Made by a program: the position numbers and the translations under genes. Shown in pieces: positions 19,683 through 28,462 of a DNA stretch of 64,000 bases (position 1 is the stretch's first letter; the number at the start of each line of letters is the position of its first letter). The DNA lies in the IMG/VR virus record IMGVR_UViG_2822699256_000006; one strand, written 5' to 3'. The stretch is from an uncultured virus (IMG/VR IMGVR_UViG_2822699256_000006) (lineage: Duplodnaviria > Heunggongvirae > Uroviricota > Caudoviricetes). The notes under the pieces are model-generated. The model had not been told where the DNA came from. It was given only the letters and a program-made list of their open reading frames with translations, and searched no databases.

Positions 19683-20841
19683 GCCTAAGGTAGAAAAAAG
19701 TGAAGATATTCTTAGTAATAAAGATATGTTGCTTATGATTAATAAACGTCTGGGAGAAGGTACAATTTACACATTTGATGGTGATAGCACTGTTAAAATT
19801 CAACCTGTTTCAACTGGAATTCCTTCATTAGACTTCGCTCTTGGTATCGGCGGATGGCCGTGGGGACGTCTTGTTGAATTATATGGACCAGAAAGTTCAG
19901 GGAAAACAACAATCGCACTAAAAACAGCTGCTACATTTCAAGCTTTAGCTAAAATCCCAGGTCATCCTTTCTATGGGAAGAAAGTTGTTTTTATTGATGC
20001 TGAACATGCGCTTGATCCATTTCATGCGCAAAAACTTGGTGTTGATATTTCCGAAGAAACAGGAATGTTAATTGCACAACCAGATTGTGGTGAGAGTGCA
20101 TATGACCTTATGGAAGTATTAATTCTATCAGGACAAACTGGATTAATTGTAGGTGATAGTTTACCTTCATTTATTCCGAAAAAAGTAATTGATGGTTCAG
20201 CTGAAGATAATCATATTGGATTACAAGCAAGATTAAACTCTCAGTGCCTCCCTAAGATGGCGAACTTTGGTTCGAAGAATGACACTTTAATCATCATGAT
20301 TAATCAGATTCGAGAAAAGGTGGGTGTCATGTATGGAAATCCCGAGACGACTCCTGGTGGCCGTGCGTTAAAATTCTACTCATCGGTTCGTGCTGAAGTT
20401 CGAAAAAAAGAGTTAAAAAAAGGCGATGTCGTTATCGGGCAAACAATGACAGTTTCTTTGAAAAAGAATAAAGTAGCTAGACCTTTTACAAAAGCTGAAT
20501 TTGATTATTACTACGATACTGGTGTTGATGTTGTTAAAGATATTATGAATGTAGCTATTGATATGAAAATTATTCATCGTAGAGGGGCTGTCTATTTCTT
20601 GGGTCCAGATCCTGAAGATGTTAAAAATGTATATACAGATGGTGCGGGAAATGAATTGAAATGGTCAGGAAAAGAAACATTGGAAGCTGTTTTAAAAGAA
20701 AGCCCTGCTTTATATCAATATATCGACGACATTGTGCAAGGTCGTATTCCAAAAGACGCTCAATTCATTGAAGAAGAGCATGACGAAAATGAAGTATTAG
20801 AAGAAGAGATTGCACTTCAACAAAAAGAAGCCTTAGTGTAA
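19663..20841 (+). CDS. recA: RecA recombinase (divergent, element-encoded)
   Basis: STGIPSLDFALGIGG, ELYGPESSGKTT, FIDAEHALDP, INQIREKVGVMYGNPETTPGGRALKFYSSVR, KNKVA. Confidence 0.95.
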   Translation: MAKKTDKPKVEKSEDILSNKDMLLMINKRLGEGTIYTFDGDSTVKIQPVSTGIPSLDFALGIGGWPWGRLVELYGPESSGKTTIALKTAATFQALAKIPGHPFYGKKVVFIDAEHALDPFHAQKLGVDISEETGMLIAQPDCGESAYDLMEVLILSGQTGLIVGDSLPSFIPKKVIDGSAEDNHIGLQARLNSQCLPKMANFGSKNDTLIIMINQIREKVGVMYGNPETTPGGRALKFYSSVRAEVRKKELKKGDVVIGQTMTVSLKKNKVARPFTKAEFDYYYDTGVDVVKDIMNVAIDMKIIHRRGAVYFLGPDPEDVKNVYTDGAGNELKWSGKETLEAVLKESPALYQYIDDIVQGRIPKDAQFIEEEHDENEVLEEEIALQQKEALV

Positions 20842-20867
20842 TTGCTGGTTAGAGGAGGAATAATATC

Positions 20868-21485
20868 ATGAATACAATTGGAGTTGAATCACCCTTTGAT
20901 ACTGCTGATGTGTTTTCGGAATCAAAAACAAAATTAGAACCGGGTTATTATAATGAAATTTTGATGCCGGAACATATCTATAAGAAAATTACTCCATTTG
21001 ATATCAAGACAAGTGTTCATAATTGTTTTGCATGTGATAACTGTAAGTTTGCAAAGCCACTTGAATTAAGCAATTTTGATGCAAGTATTATGATTATAGG
21101 TCAGGTGCCAAGTGACGTTGACATAAGAACTCCAGAAGGGAAAACTTTAATTGATACGCTATCTTGGTCTGGCTATAACTTAAATGATATCTATTTGACT
21201 TCATTAGTTAAATGTGAAGATTCTACTCAACCAGAACAATGTCAACATCATCTAGTTAGTGAGCTTTTATGTGTTCAACCTAAGATGGTCATTGCATTAG
21301 GCTATGATGTAGGCAAATATTTTGACCCTACTATTAATCAGGCAGGTTATCAATCTGTCTTAATGGGGCGCTATAATATGATTACAACTTATAGAACATT
21401 ATATACTATGAAAGATCAAAACTTATTTCAAGAACTTTGTGGACATATTTTACGAGCAAAACAGCAAATGGAGATCACGGTATAA
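20868..21485 (+). CDS. family-4 uracil-DNA glycosylase-like protein with degenerate catalytic motifs
   Basis: CxxC, IMIIGQVP, IYLTSLVKC, C...EL..VQPKMVIALG; no HPS motif. Confidence 0.7.
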   Translation: MNTIGVESPFDTADVFSESKTKLEPGYYNEILMPEHIYKKITPFDIKTSVHNCFACDNCKFAKPLELSNFDASIMIIGQVPSDVDIRTPEGKTLIDTLSWSGYNLNDIYLTSLVKCEDSTQPEQCQHHLVSELLCVQPKMVIALGYDVGKYFDPTINQAGYQSVLMGRYNMITTYRTLYTMKDQNLFQELCGHILRAKQQMEITV

Positions 21486-21498
21486 AGGAGTTCGTAAT

Positions 21499-21753
21499 AT
21501 GGAAGCAACTAAAATTGAGTACACAATGAAACAGGCAGCGAAGATGTTAGGGGTACATCGAGATACAATCATGTATTGGGAAGAAAATAAGTTAATTCCT
21601 GTGGCACGGAGGGATCCAAGGAATAATTATCGCAAATACTGTGTTGAAGAAATTATAGAGATAGCCAAGGTTAGGGGAATAGGTGTTGTAGACACTGAAG
21701 TAATTGAGAGAGAAAAAGCTGATAAACGCAAGCAGAGGCAGATGCAATTATAG
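21499..21753 (+). CDS. MerR-family HTH protein
   Basis: YTMKQAAKMLGVHRDTIMYWEENKLIP..R...NYRKY. Confidence 0.85.
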   Translation: MEATKIEYTMKQAAKMLGVHRDTIMYWEENKLIPVARRDPRNNYRKYCVEEIIEIAKVRGIGVVDTEVIEREKADKRKQRQMQL

Positions 21754-21788
21754 ATTCTTATATTATACATTTTCTTATCAAAACTTCA

Positions 21789-21818
21789 TTGACATATTTA
21801 GACAAGTATCGCTATACT
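21789..21818 (+). promoter_or_regulatory. sigma-A-like promoter
   Basis: TTGACA-18-TATACT. Confidence 0.55.
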
Positions 21819-21963
21819 AACTAAAGATATTGAAATATGTAGCAAAATATAGAGATATTTGGAGCATTTAACAATACCTTGCATCATTCCTCAAAAAACT
21901 AACCGCTGATAGGAGTAAAATTAGCGATATTATGTTATATTAATTATTGTTATGGACTTTATA

Positions 21964-21977
21964 TGTAGTACATTACA
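21964..21977. promoter_or_regulatory. palindromic operator copy
   Basis: tgtagtacattaca, upstream of an HTH gene. Confidence 0.6.
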
Positions 21978-22021
21978 TATTAAAAGGATATACGAGAGGG
22001 AAAAAGGAGATGTTTTGAAGA

Positions 22022-22540
22022 ATGATGAATCATGATGAGGTATTATCAATGCTAACCGAAAATGAAAAGAAGATTTTTAATTATATCAAAGAAACAGCTA
22101 GTGAGCAGGGTGGTTCAGTAAAAGCATCTATGAGCAAGATGGGTGAAGCAACAGGACTTAGTGAGGCTACTGCGCACAGGGCGGTTAAGAAATTGCGTAA
22201 GCTAGGTATTATCGGTATTGTTCCGTCCTTAGAAAAAGCTGAATCTAATGAAATTGTATACTATGGTTCTTCTGTTGATGAGTCACAACAAATTATGGAT
22301 ATCATGAAGCAAGCTGGTCAATTAACCTCTGGATTAAATAGGCTTGAATCCGTATTGAAAACAAAAGAAGAATCTCTTGAAAAAATTCAAAGAGAAAAAG
22401 CTGAACTAGAACAGCAGGTTCATGCATTACGACAAGAGTTAGCTACTGTTCGTGCGCAGCAATCTGGAATAGATTCAAACAAAATCATTTCGAGTCAGTC
22501 ATTAGGTGATGGAACAACCGCTTATATAGTTAAAGACTAA
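22022..22540 (+). CDS. winged-helix DNA-binding protein with C-terminal coiled coil
   Basis: LTENEKKIFNYI...SMSKMGEATGLSEATAHRAVKKLRKLGII. Confidence 0.8.
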   Translation: MMNHDEVLSMLTENEKKIFNYIKETASEQGGSVKASMSKMGEATGLSEATAHRAVKKLRKLGIIGIVPSLEKAESNEIVYYGSSVDESQQIMDIMKQAGQLTSGLNRLESVLKTKEESLEKIQREKAELEQQVHALRQELATVRAQQSGIDSNKIISSQSLGDGTTAYIVKD

Positions 22541-22560
22541 GAAGGGGTTGTGAGTGTTTA

Positions 22561-22776
22561 ATGAGCGCCAACATGAGAAATCAAACTGATACTATCGTGG
22601 AAAAAGTTTTTGATTTTTTTCAAAGTGACCAACCATCTAATGTAGAAGGAAATGAAATCATTGAAGTATTATCTCAGCAGATCTCAGTTAATCCTGAATC
22701 TGCTGGAGATATTATGGATGAGCTTGCAATGAAGTTCGCTAATAAACTTGAGCAAATATGTAATCAATATGAATAA
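22561..22776 (+). CDS. hypothetical protein
   Basis: ORF track. Confidence 0.6.
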   Translation: MSANMRNQTDTIVEKVFDFFQSDQPSNVEGNEIIEVLSQQISVNPESAGDIMDELAMKFANKLEQICNQYE

Positions 22777-22828
22777 ACATGGTCCATATCTTCACAGATT
22801 AGAATATAGAAAGTGAGTTTGTTTAAAT

Positions 22829-23296
22829 ATGGGTATGTTAGAACGTTTATTGTACGAAGATTTATTAACTTGGGAAAATACAACTAGAGAATATGAAGAT
22901 GCGAATGTATTACTTAAAGTGCCAAATGAAAACTCTCCATCCACCTTGCATGCTTTTAATATAAATGTAAATGAACTGTATACAAAAGTTATACATGATT
23001 TCGCAAGGGCTCGTCGAAATAAGGATGCAATTCAAAGATTAATAAAAACGGTGTTAGAAGATTACTATAAGGGATCTAATGAGCAAGCCAGAAAAGCAGC
23101 AGGAATTCAGTTAGCAAGAGCGTTTCCAACTCCTGAAAACTTTCCTGTACAAACTGTAAACTTATTTGATTTAGAAGATGCATTTAATGGCATTTTTTAT
23201 TCTCTTGAAGCGACTGTTAAATCTCTGCAAGCTAAGGCTGATGCGAAGATTACCAGCAATTCACTATTAAATATTGAAAAGAACTTGGTATGTTGA
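22829..23296 (+). CDS. hypothetical helical protein
   Basis: ORF track; 155 aa. Confidence 0.7.
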   Translation: MGMLERLLYEDLLTWENTTREYEDANVLLKVPNENSPSTLHAFNINVNELYTKVIHDFARARRNKDAIQRLIKTVLEDYYKGSNEQARKAAGIQLARAFPTPENFPVQTVNLFDLEDAFNGIFYSLEATVKSLQAKADAKITSNSLLNIEKNLVC

Positions 23297-23662
23297 TTAG
23301 ATAGTTTAACCGAAGGTATCGTATCATGAAGGATAGTAATAATTCTCCCTCTTAATTATAAAAATGAAACATCTTATTCATTCTTCTACCTATCATTCAT
23401 GAACGAGGAATACAGTTAGCCTTTGAACGTGCAAACTATATATAATACATTTAATTTCGCATACAGCTTTCGATAGTGTCATACACCATTTAGATATTAT
23501 ATAGAATGGCATTACATTGAAATTTCAGATGATGGTGATAAGTTTCATAATTTAAAAATACCGTTACAGCAACATAGGGTAATCAATTTATTATAATTCA
23601 ATCAAATATATCCTGAAAATAAATCGCTTTTAGGAAGCCATGAAGAAGTAAGGAGTTAGATT

Positions 23663-24205
23663 ATGAGTATAGAGTGCATATATGAAGAAGAATGTTCCAA
23701 TGTAGGGAAGTCTTGCTTCAAGTGTTTTAATTATCAAATGTTTCAGCCAATCAAAGAAAGAAAAGGGCTGAAACCAAAATCGGATAATAAGAAAGAAATA
23801 AAAGAAGGTATGGTTTTTGAGCAGCGTGGTACGAAAAAATACAATCATGCTGTAAAAGAAGCTAAAGATATTGCACGTCGTCAAATTGCTTCAGGAGCTC
23901 TTCATTTTGCATTAGGCGATATGATTACAGAAGAAGAATTGACTGCAGCGTTAGCTGAATTCAAAGAACGTGGCTCTACTGATTCTAGAGGTGCTAAACA
24001 AATTACAATAAAAAAAGAATGGCTGACTAAGTTAAAAGAGGAAGCTAGACAAATGGGAAGAGAGTATTATTTTCTTCCCTTTACTTTTAAAGGTAGTACT
24101 GATGATTATGTAGCAATGGAATATGACACTTTATTGCGTTATATACAAACCATTCAAATGCTATTAGAACAAAATCGGTTACTAATACAACAAATAAAAG
24201 ATTGA
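23663..24205 (+). CDS. Hjc-like PD-(D/E)XK nuclease / Holliday junction resolvase-like protein
   Basis: FEQR...RRQIASGA...GD...AEFK...ITIKKEWLTKL..EA. Confidence 0.65.
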   Translation: MSIECIYEEECSNVGKSCFKCFNYQMFQPIKERKGLKPKSDNKKEIKEGMVFEQRGTKKYNHAVKEAKDIARRQIASGALHFALGDMITEEELTAALAEFKERGSTDSRGAKQITIKKEWLTKLKEEARQMGREYYFLPFTFKGSTDDYVAMEYDTLLRYIQTIQMLLEQNRLLIQQIKD

Positions 24206-24222
24206 TATGCAGGTGATATACT

Positions 24223-24858
24223 ATGGCAACACATTCTAAAGCTCCAAGAAACCTTAATCGACATTGGACCAAACAACAAGAAGAAGAATTATTAGATATG
24301 TATGGTGTATATTCATTTTCACATTTATCTCGTCGTTTCGGGAAAACACCATATGCTATCAAGTGTAAATATGCTAGTTTAACTGGAAACTGGGGTGCCC
24401 TTGAAGCTGGTGGATACGTTCTTACAGTAGATGTAGCTGATGCTTTAGGAATTTGCGATAAAACGGTTCGGAGATGGATTGAGGTATATGATTTGCCAGC
24501 TACTCAGCTTTATAAAAAAAGAAACGATTCTAAAAGAAGGCAATACTACATTTCGGTTGAAGAGTTTTGGAAATGGGCTTATGAACATAAAAATCTTATC
24601 GTTTTTTCTAGAGTTAAAAGAGATGTGTTATTACCAGAACCCGCTTGGCTCGATGTTGAAATAAAAAACAACAAAGAAATTCCACCTAAAACAAGACAAA
24701 CTTGGTCTAAAGAAGAAGCAGATCAAGCATACACGTGGTTTATGTCTGGTGTTCATTATAAAGAGATTGCTGAAAAATTAGGTCGCACATCTCATGGAGT
24801 ACATCGCAAATTAATGAGAATGATTCATCAAAAAAGAAACGGAGTGTTAGGATTATGA
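24223..24858 (+). CDS. multi-HTH DNA-binding protein
   Basis: WTKQQEEEL and WSKEE..YKEIAEKLGRT repeats, plus DVADALGICDKTVRRW. Confidence 0.7.
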   Translation: MATHSKAPRNLNRHWTKQQEEELLDMYGVYSFSHLSRRFGKTPYAIKCKYASLTGNWGALEAGGYVLTVDVADALGICDKTVRRWIEVYDLPATQLYKKRNDSKRRQYYISVEEFWKWAYEHKNLIVFSRVKRDVLLPEPAWLDVEIKNNKEIPPKTRQTWSKEEADQAYTWFMSGVHYKEIAEKLGRTSHGVHRKLMRMIHQKRNGVLGL

Positions 24859-25541
24859 CAAAAATTTATGAAGCATTTGAAGAAGAAGCTAAAGGTTTAA
24901 ATATAAGTGAATTAATGGGTGATATGAGCAGTATGCTTGATTCTTATAATCAGGAGAAAGGGTATACTCCTACCGTCCATGATGAATTAAGAGTACGAAA
25001 TTTAATGCTTGCATATAAATATACAGAAAAAGAAATGGACCGATTAACATTATTAAAAGCAGCTGTTATGGCTGATTGGGATAAGCACATTCAAGCAAAG
25101 AAAAAAGATATGGAAGGCATTAAAGGACTGGTTGATAATTATATTCGTAATGTCAATCAAGGTAAAAAGTTATCTCTTGATGTAGGAACTGTAACAATGA
25201 AAAAGCAAGGGCATAAAGTTAAGTTAAAAGGTGATGCTGAAGCGCAAGCACGTGAGTTCTTAAATCACCATAAATTGCTTGAATCTTATTTAAAGCCGGC
25301 GCCATTAGACGTTACGCTGTTACAAAATGCCTATATGCATCAATTTAATCAGCAGGTAGAACAAGAAGCAGCCAAACGTGTTGAGAAAGAAAAAGAGGAA
25401 AAGGGCAAGATCACTAAGAAGCGTGAAAAAGAAATTGCTCTTGCAGTAGAAGAAGAAATGAAGCCAGGATTCATCGAAAGTCTTCCTGATTTCTTTGACT
25501 ATATTCCAGAAGAACAAAAATTATCTATCACTATGAAGTAA
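24855..25541 (+). CDS. Mu Gam-like DNA end-protection / host-nuclease inhibitor
   Basis: N-terminal coiled coil followed by KKLSLDVGTVTMKK. Confidence 0.55.
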   Translation: MTKIYEAFEEEAKGLNISELMGDMSSMLDSYNQEKGYTPTVHDELRVRNLMLAYKYTEKEMDRLTLLKAAVMADWDKHIQAKKKDMEGIKGLVDNYIRNVNQGKKLSLDVGTVTMKKQGHKVKLKGDAEAQAREFLNHHKLLESYLKPAPLDVTLLQNAYMHQFNQQVEQEAAKRVEKEKEEKGKITKKREKEIALAVEEEMKPGFIESLPDFFDYIPEEQKLSITMK

Positions 25542-25554
25542 AGAGGGGATTCTA

Positions 25555-25830
25555 TTGTTGCCTATTACAAAAGTTCTTGAATTATCTACACATCATATCT
25601 CTGAAGTTTCAGCTTGCCTTTTAAATACTTCTATGATTTCAGGCATAATTGTATATCACAAAGAAAAGTATGGATGGTTTATTTATGTATCATCTGAGGA
25701 AGAGGAAAATGAGCAAATTCCAGATGATTTAAATGAAATTCTAAAATTCGCTCGCTCTAATGATTGTTCATGGATTATGCTTGATCGTGATTACGACACA
25801 ATCAAAGAGCTTCCTACATTTGAATGGTAA
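25555..25830 (+). CDS. DUF5983-like protein
   Basis: LSTHHI...YGWFIYV...IPDDL..ILKFAR...WIMLDRD. Confidence 0.55.
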   Translation: MLPITKVLELSTHHISEVSACLLNTSMISGIIVYHKEKYGWFIYVSSEEEENEQIPDDLNEILKFARSNDCSWIMLDRDYDTIKELPTFEW

Positions 25831-25842
25831 GGTGGTAATACT

Positions 25843-26037
25843 ATGTCGTGGAATTTACAGCCAGCATATGAAAAGTTAGATGAGAAAGCTTTATTATGCT
25901 TACTTACAGATTGTTTAAATCGTGCAAAAGACGGAACGGCTGGAAATGCTTATGCTTACAATCAATTAGAACGTGCTGAGCAAATTGTTCGAACATTAGG
26001 TTCTAAGATGACAGAGAGTACAGCTACAGCTATTTAA
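25843..26037 (+). CDS. hypothetical protein
   Basis: AAGGTGG RBS. Confidence 0.6.
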   Translation: MSWNLQPAYEKLDEKALLCLLTDCLNRAKDGTAGNAYAYNQLERAEQIVRTLGSKMTESTATAI

Positions 26038-26060
26038 TATATGTTTTCTTTTCTATATTC

Positions 26061-26098
26061 GACGGATTTTAATCTTTCTTTAAAATCCGTCGTTTTTT
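26061..26098 (+). terminator. intrinsic terminator
   Basis: cgacggattttaa...ttaaaatccgtcg followed by a T-run. Confidence 0.8.
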
Positions 26099-26099
26099 A

Positions 26100-26149
26100 T
26101 TGTCTTTCCCAAGGTTTTTAGATATAATCTTATTATGAAATGCATTACA
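26100..26149 (+). promoter_or_regulatory. sigma-A promoter with downstream operator
   Basis: TTGTCT-17-TATAAT, then tgaaatgcattaca at 26136-26149. Confidence 0.7.
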
Positions 26150-26172
26150 ACATGCATAGAAGGAGCATTAAT

Positions 26173-26403
26173 ATGATAATTAAAGATGTAAATACACTAT
26201 CATCTCTTAGTTTGCTTATGGAATTTGAAGAAGTAGTTCAAGAAATAGCTAAAGGAAATGATGATTCAGCTTTAGCTTCTTATCAGCATGAATTATTCAG
26301 TGAGATTGAAATGCGTATGAGTGAAGGATATGATCATAGCTGTGATCCCGATGAAGATGATGACCTGGAAGAAGATTTAGAGGAGGATGAAGATGATGAA
26401 TAA
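26173..26403 (+). CDS. small acidic protein
   Basis: AAGGAG RBS; D/E-rich tail. Confidence 0.65.
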   Translation: MIIKDVNTLSSLSLLMEFEEVVQEIAKGNDDSALASYQHELFSEIEMRMSEGYDHSCDPDEDDDLEEDLEEDEDDE

Positions 26404-27190
26404 TATCCTTCGATTTATCGGTGTTAATAGAGATACGAGGACAGCCGGACCAGGAAAGCGTTTAGAGTTTTTCACAAAAGGCTGCATTCGTGGTGTCATC
26501 GCTCCATGTGAAGGTTGTTTTAATGAATCCACATGGACGTTTGAAGGGCATTACAGAGAAATGACAGTAGCTGAAGTTGTAGATGTGTGTAATGAAACTG
26601 CTTGGAATCGTCAAGTAACCTTCTGTGGAGGTGAGCCGATACTTCAAGCTAAATCTATTGCACAAGTTGCAAAGCGTTTAAAAGAACTAGATCCTACATT
26701 CCACTTCGTTATGTATACTGCATATAAGCTAGATACACTTATGAAGTATGGGTTGAAATTCACATGGTTGCCTAAACACGGAGAAGGCATGAAGCAAGCT
26801 CTGATTAAATATTGTAGCGGGTATATGCCATGGCCTAATAAAATTGAGTTCACTATATTAACTCCAGAAGATGTTAAAGAACTTATGAAATACATAGATC
26901 TTATTGTAGATGGTGATTATCAATATGATAAACGTCTTACAAAAGCTACATATATGCATGAAGGCTGGTTTATTGGTTCTGCCAATCAACGAGTGATTAA
27001 TTGTAGAAAGACATTAGAAGAAGATAATTTATCCTATTGGCCTGCTGATGAATATAACGAGTATATGCACTCTGTTGTTGTCCCATGTAAATGTTGTGGT
27101 CATCATACTAGGAGAGGTTTCTGTTCTGATTTGTGCCAAAAGCGTTTTTCTGCTCGTGAAGAAGAACTGAAATTATTTGGAGGCGCATAA
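26393..27190 (+). CDS. NrdG/activase-like radical SAM protein
   Basis: GPGKR..FFTKGC-x7-CEGCFN, VTFCGGEP, DLIVDG.Y, GSANQRVI; C-terminal CxxC...CSxxC. Confidence 0.8.
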   Translation: MMNNILRFIGVNRDTRTAGPGKRLEFFTKGCIRGVIAPCEGCFNESTWTFEGHYREMTVAEVVDVCNETAWNRQVTFCGGEPILQAKSIAQVAKRLKELDPTFHFVMYTAYKLDTLMKYGLKFTWLPKHGEGMKQALIKYCSGYMPWPNKIEFTILTPEDVKELMKYIDLIVDGDYQYDKRLTKATYMHEGWFIGSANQRVINCRKTLEEDNLSYWPADEYNEYMHSVVVPCKCCGHHTRRGFCSDLCQKRFSAREEELKLFGGA

Positions 27191-27349
27191 ATGAAATCGG
27201 ATATTTTTAAATTCCTGCTTGGATTTACCTTGCTTTTTCTAGGAATAGCTACACCTCTTTTACTTGGTGAAGAAACTGTTCCTGATTGGTATATCCTCGG
27301 TGTATTAATTTCTTGCATGGGAGCGATATACTTAACAGAAAGGAGATAA
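27191..27349 (+). CDS. 52-aa two-helix membrane protein (not in ORF track)
   Basis: GGAGG RBS; MKSDIFKFLLGFTLLFLGIATPLLL... Confidence 0.55.
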   Translation: MKSDIFKFLLGFTLLFLGIATPLLLGEETVPDWYILGVLISCMGAIYLTERR

Positions 27350-27354
27350 ATATT

Positions 27355-28398
27355 ATGTATTTCCCATCTAACTCTTGGGGTAAATTCTCTGATATCTATG
27401 TAACATATGAAGATAAAGAAGGAAATGAAAAAAGGATATATCCTATGGAGGTAGTGAACCTATCTACACCTCATGTTCGAAAAAATAAATTAAAAGAAGT
27501 ATTGGAGGTTTTACAAATGCCCGTTTATAATCCTGAAACAAAAGAAAACGATTATGTTGATTTAAAACTTGTTGATAAGATTCTAATTGATTCTGAATAC
27601 ATACAAGACATGAAAACAAACAAAAAAGAGAAGATTGACATTACATTAAAAGCGAATGAAGAAAAGAAATTAGTTCAAGTAGTTCTCTCTAATAAAGAAG
27701 TTAAATTTGAGCATACTCATGAAATTGAGTTACAAACATTTGAAGAAATGCTATTTCATGCGATAAATAACGAGTCTACACAAAAGCTTGAGAATACAGA
27801 AGATTTTAAGGCTATCATTTATAATGGCATTTCATCATTTATTGATGCTAATACTTTAAAGAAAAAGCATTTTGCTTATTTAAATGAAGAATATATCTTA
27901 GATAATGGCATTGGAATCATTCATGATACAAAAACAAATCAAGATATAGGAACATTCGAATCGATTAAATATGTATACTCTTCTAAGAAACGAACTGTTG
28001 ACTTTAATACCATCATTTTATTTGGCAGATCATTAGAGGACTTAGCAGAAAACGATCGCTATGAATTTTCTTTTTATTCATTAGAGCATAAACTTTTATA
28101 TTCATTCATGATTAATGATTTATCTGTAACTAATTTTAAAAACAATAAAACTTCATCTATTGATGAATTTATCTTTGTGTCTGAACAATTTAACACAGAC
28201 CATAAGTTTTATAAATTGATTCAAGAAGCTCAAGGTAAGAAAACATTACTGGAAGGCTTAACTGAAGATAGTCCACTATATGAAGTAAATATGGATCAAT
28301 TTAGGCAGTCTCGATTATCAATTTTAGAATTGAGCAAGCAAAAACAAAAGCAAGAGAAGATTGTAAATCAGTTTGCTGATATTGATTTAGGTTTTTAA
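27355..28398 (+). CDS. hypothetical protein
   Basis: AAGGAG RBS before ATG at 27355. Confidence 0.75.
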   Translation: MYFPSNSWGKFSDIYVTYEDKEGNEKRIYPMEVVNLSTPHVRKNKLKEVLEVLQMPVYNPETKENDYVDLKLVDKILIDSEYIQDMKTNKKEKIDITLKANEEKKLVQVVLSNKEVKFEHTHEIELQTFEEMLFHAINNESTQKLENTEDFKAIIYNGISSFIDANTLKKKHFAYLNEEYILDNGIGIIHDTKTNQDIGTFESIKYVYSSKKRTVDFNTIILFGRSLEDLAENDRYEFSFYSLEHKLLYSFMINDLSVTNFKNNKTSSIDEFIFVSEQFNTDHKFYKLIQEAQGKKTLLEGLTEDSPLYEVNMDQFRQSRLSILELSKQKQKQEKIVNQFADIDLGF

Positions 28399-28403
28399 TT
28401 AAT

Positions 28404-28426
28404 TGCCCCTCCGGGGCATGTTTTAG
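28404..28426 (+). promoter_or_regulatory. C-TCC-G hairpin + TGT box, copy 7
   Basis: tgcccc-tcc-ggggca, tgttttag. Confidence 0.8.
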
Positions 28427-28462
28427 AATAAATAACGAACCACCCACTTAGGAGGAAATAAC

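Noticed and set aside
23300..23660. Intergenic imperfect hairpin (tcatgaaggatag/ctatcattcatga) as a riboswitch or pseudogene
   Set aside because: AT-rich, no recognisable aptamer motif, and only short broken frames; the evidence is insufficient.
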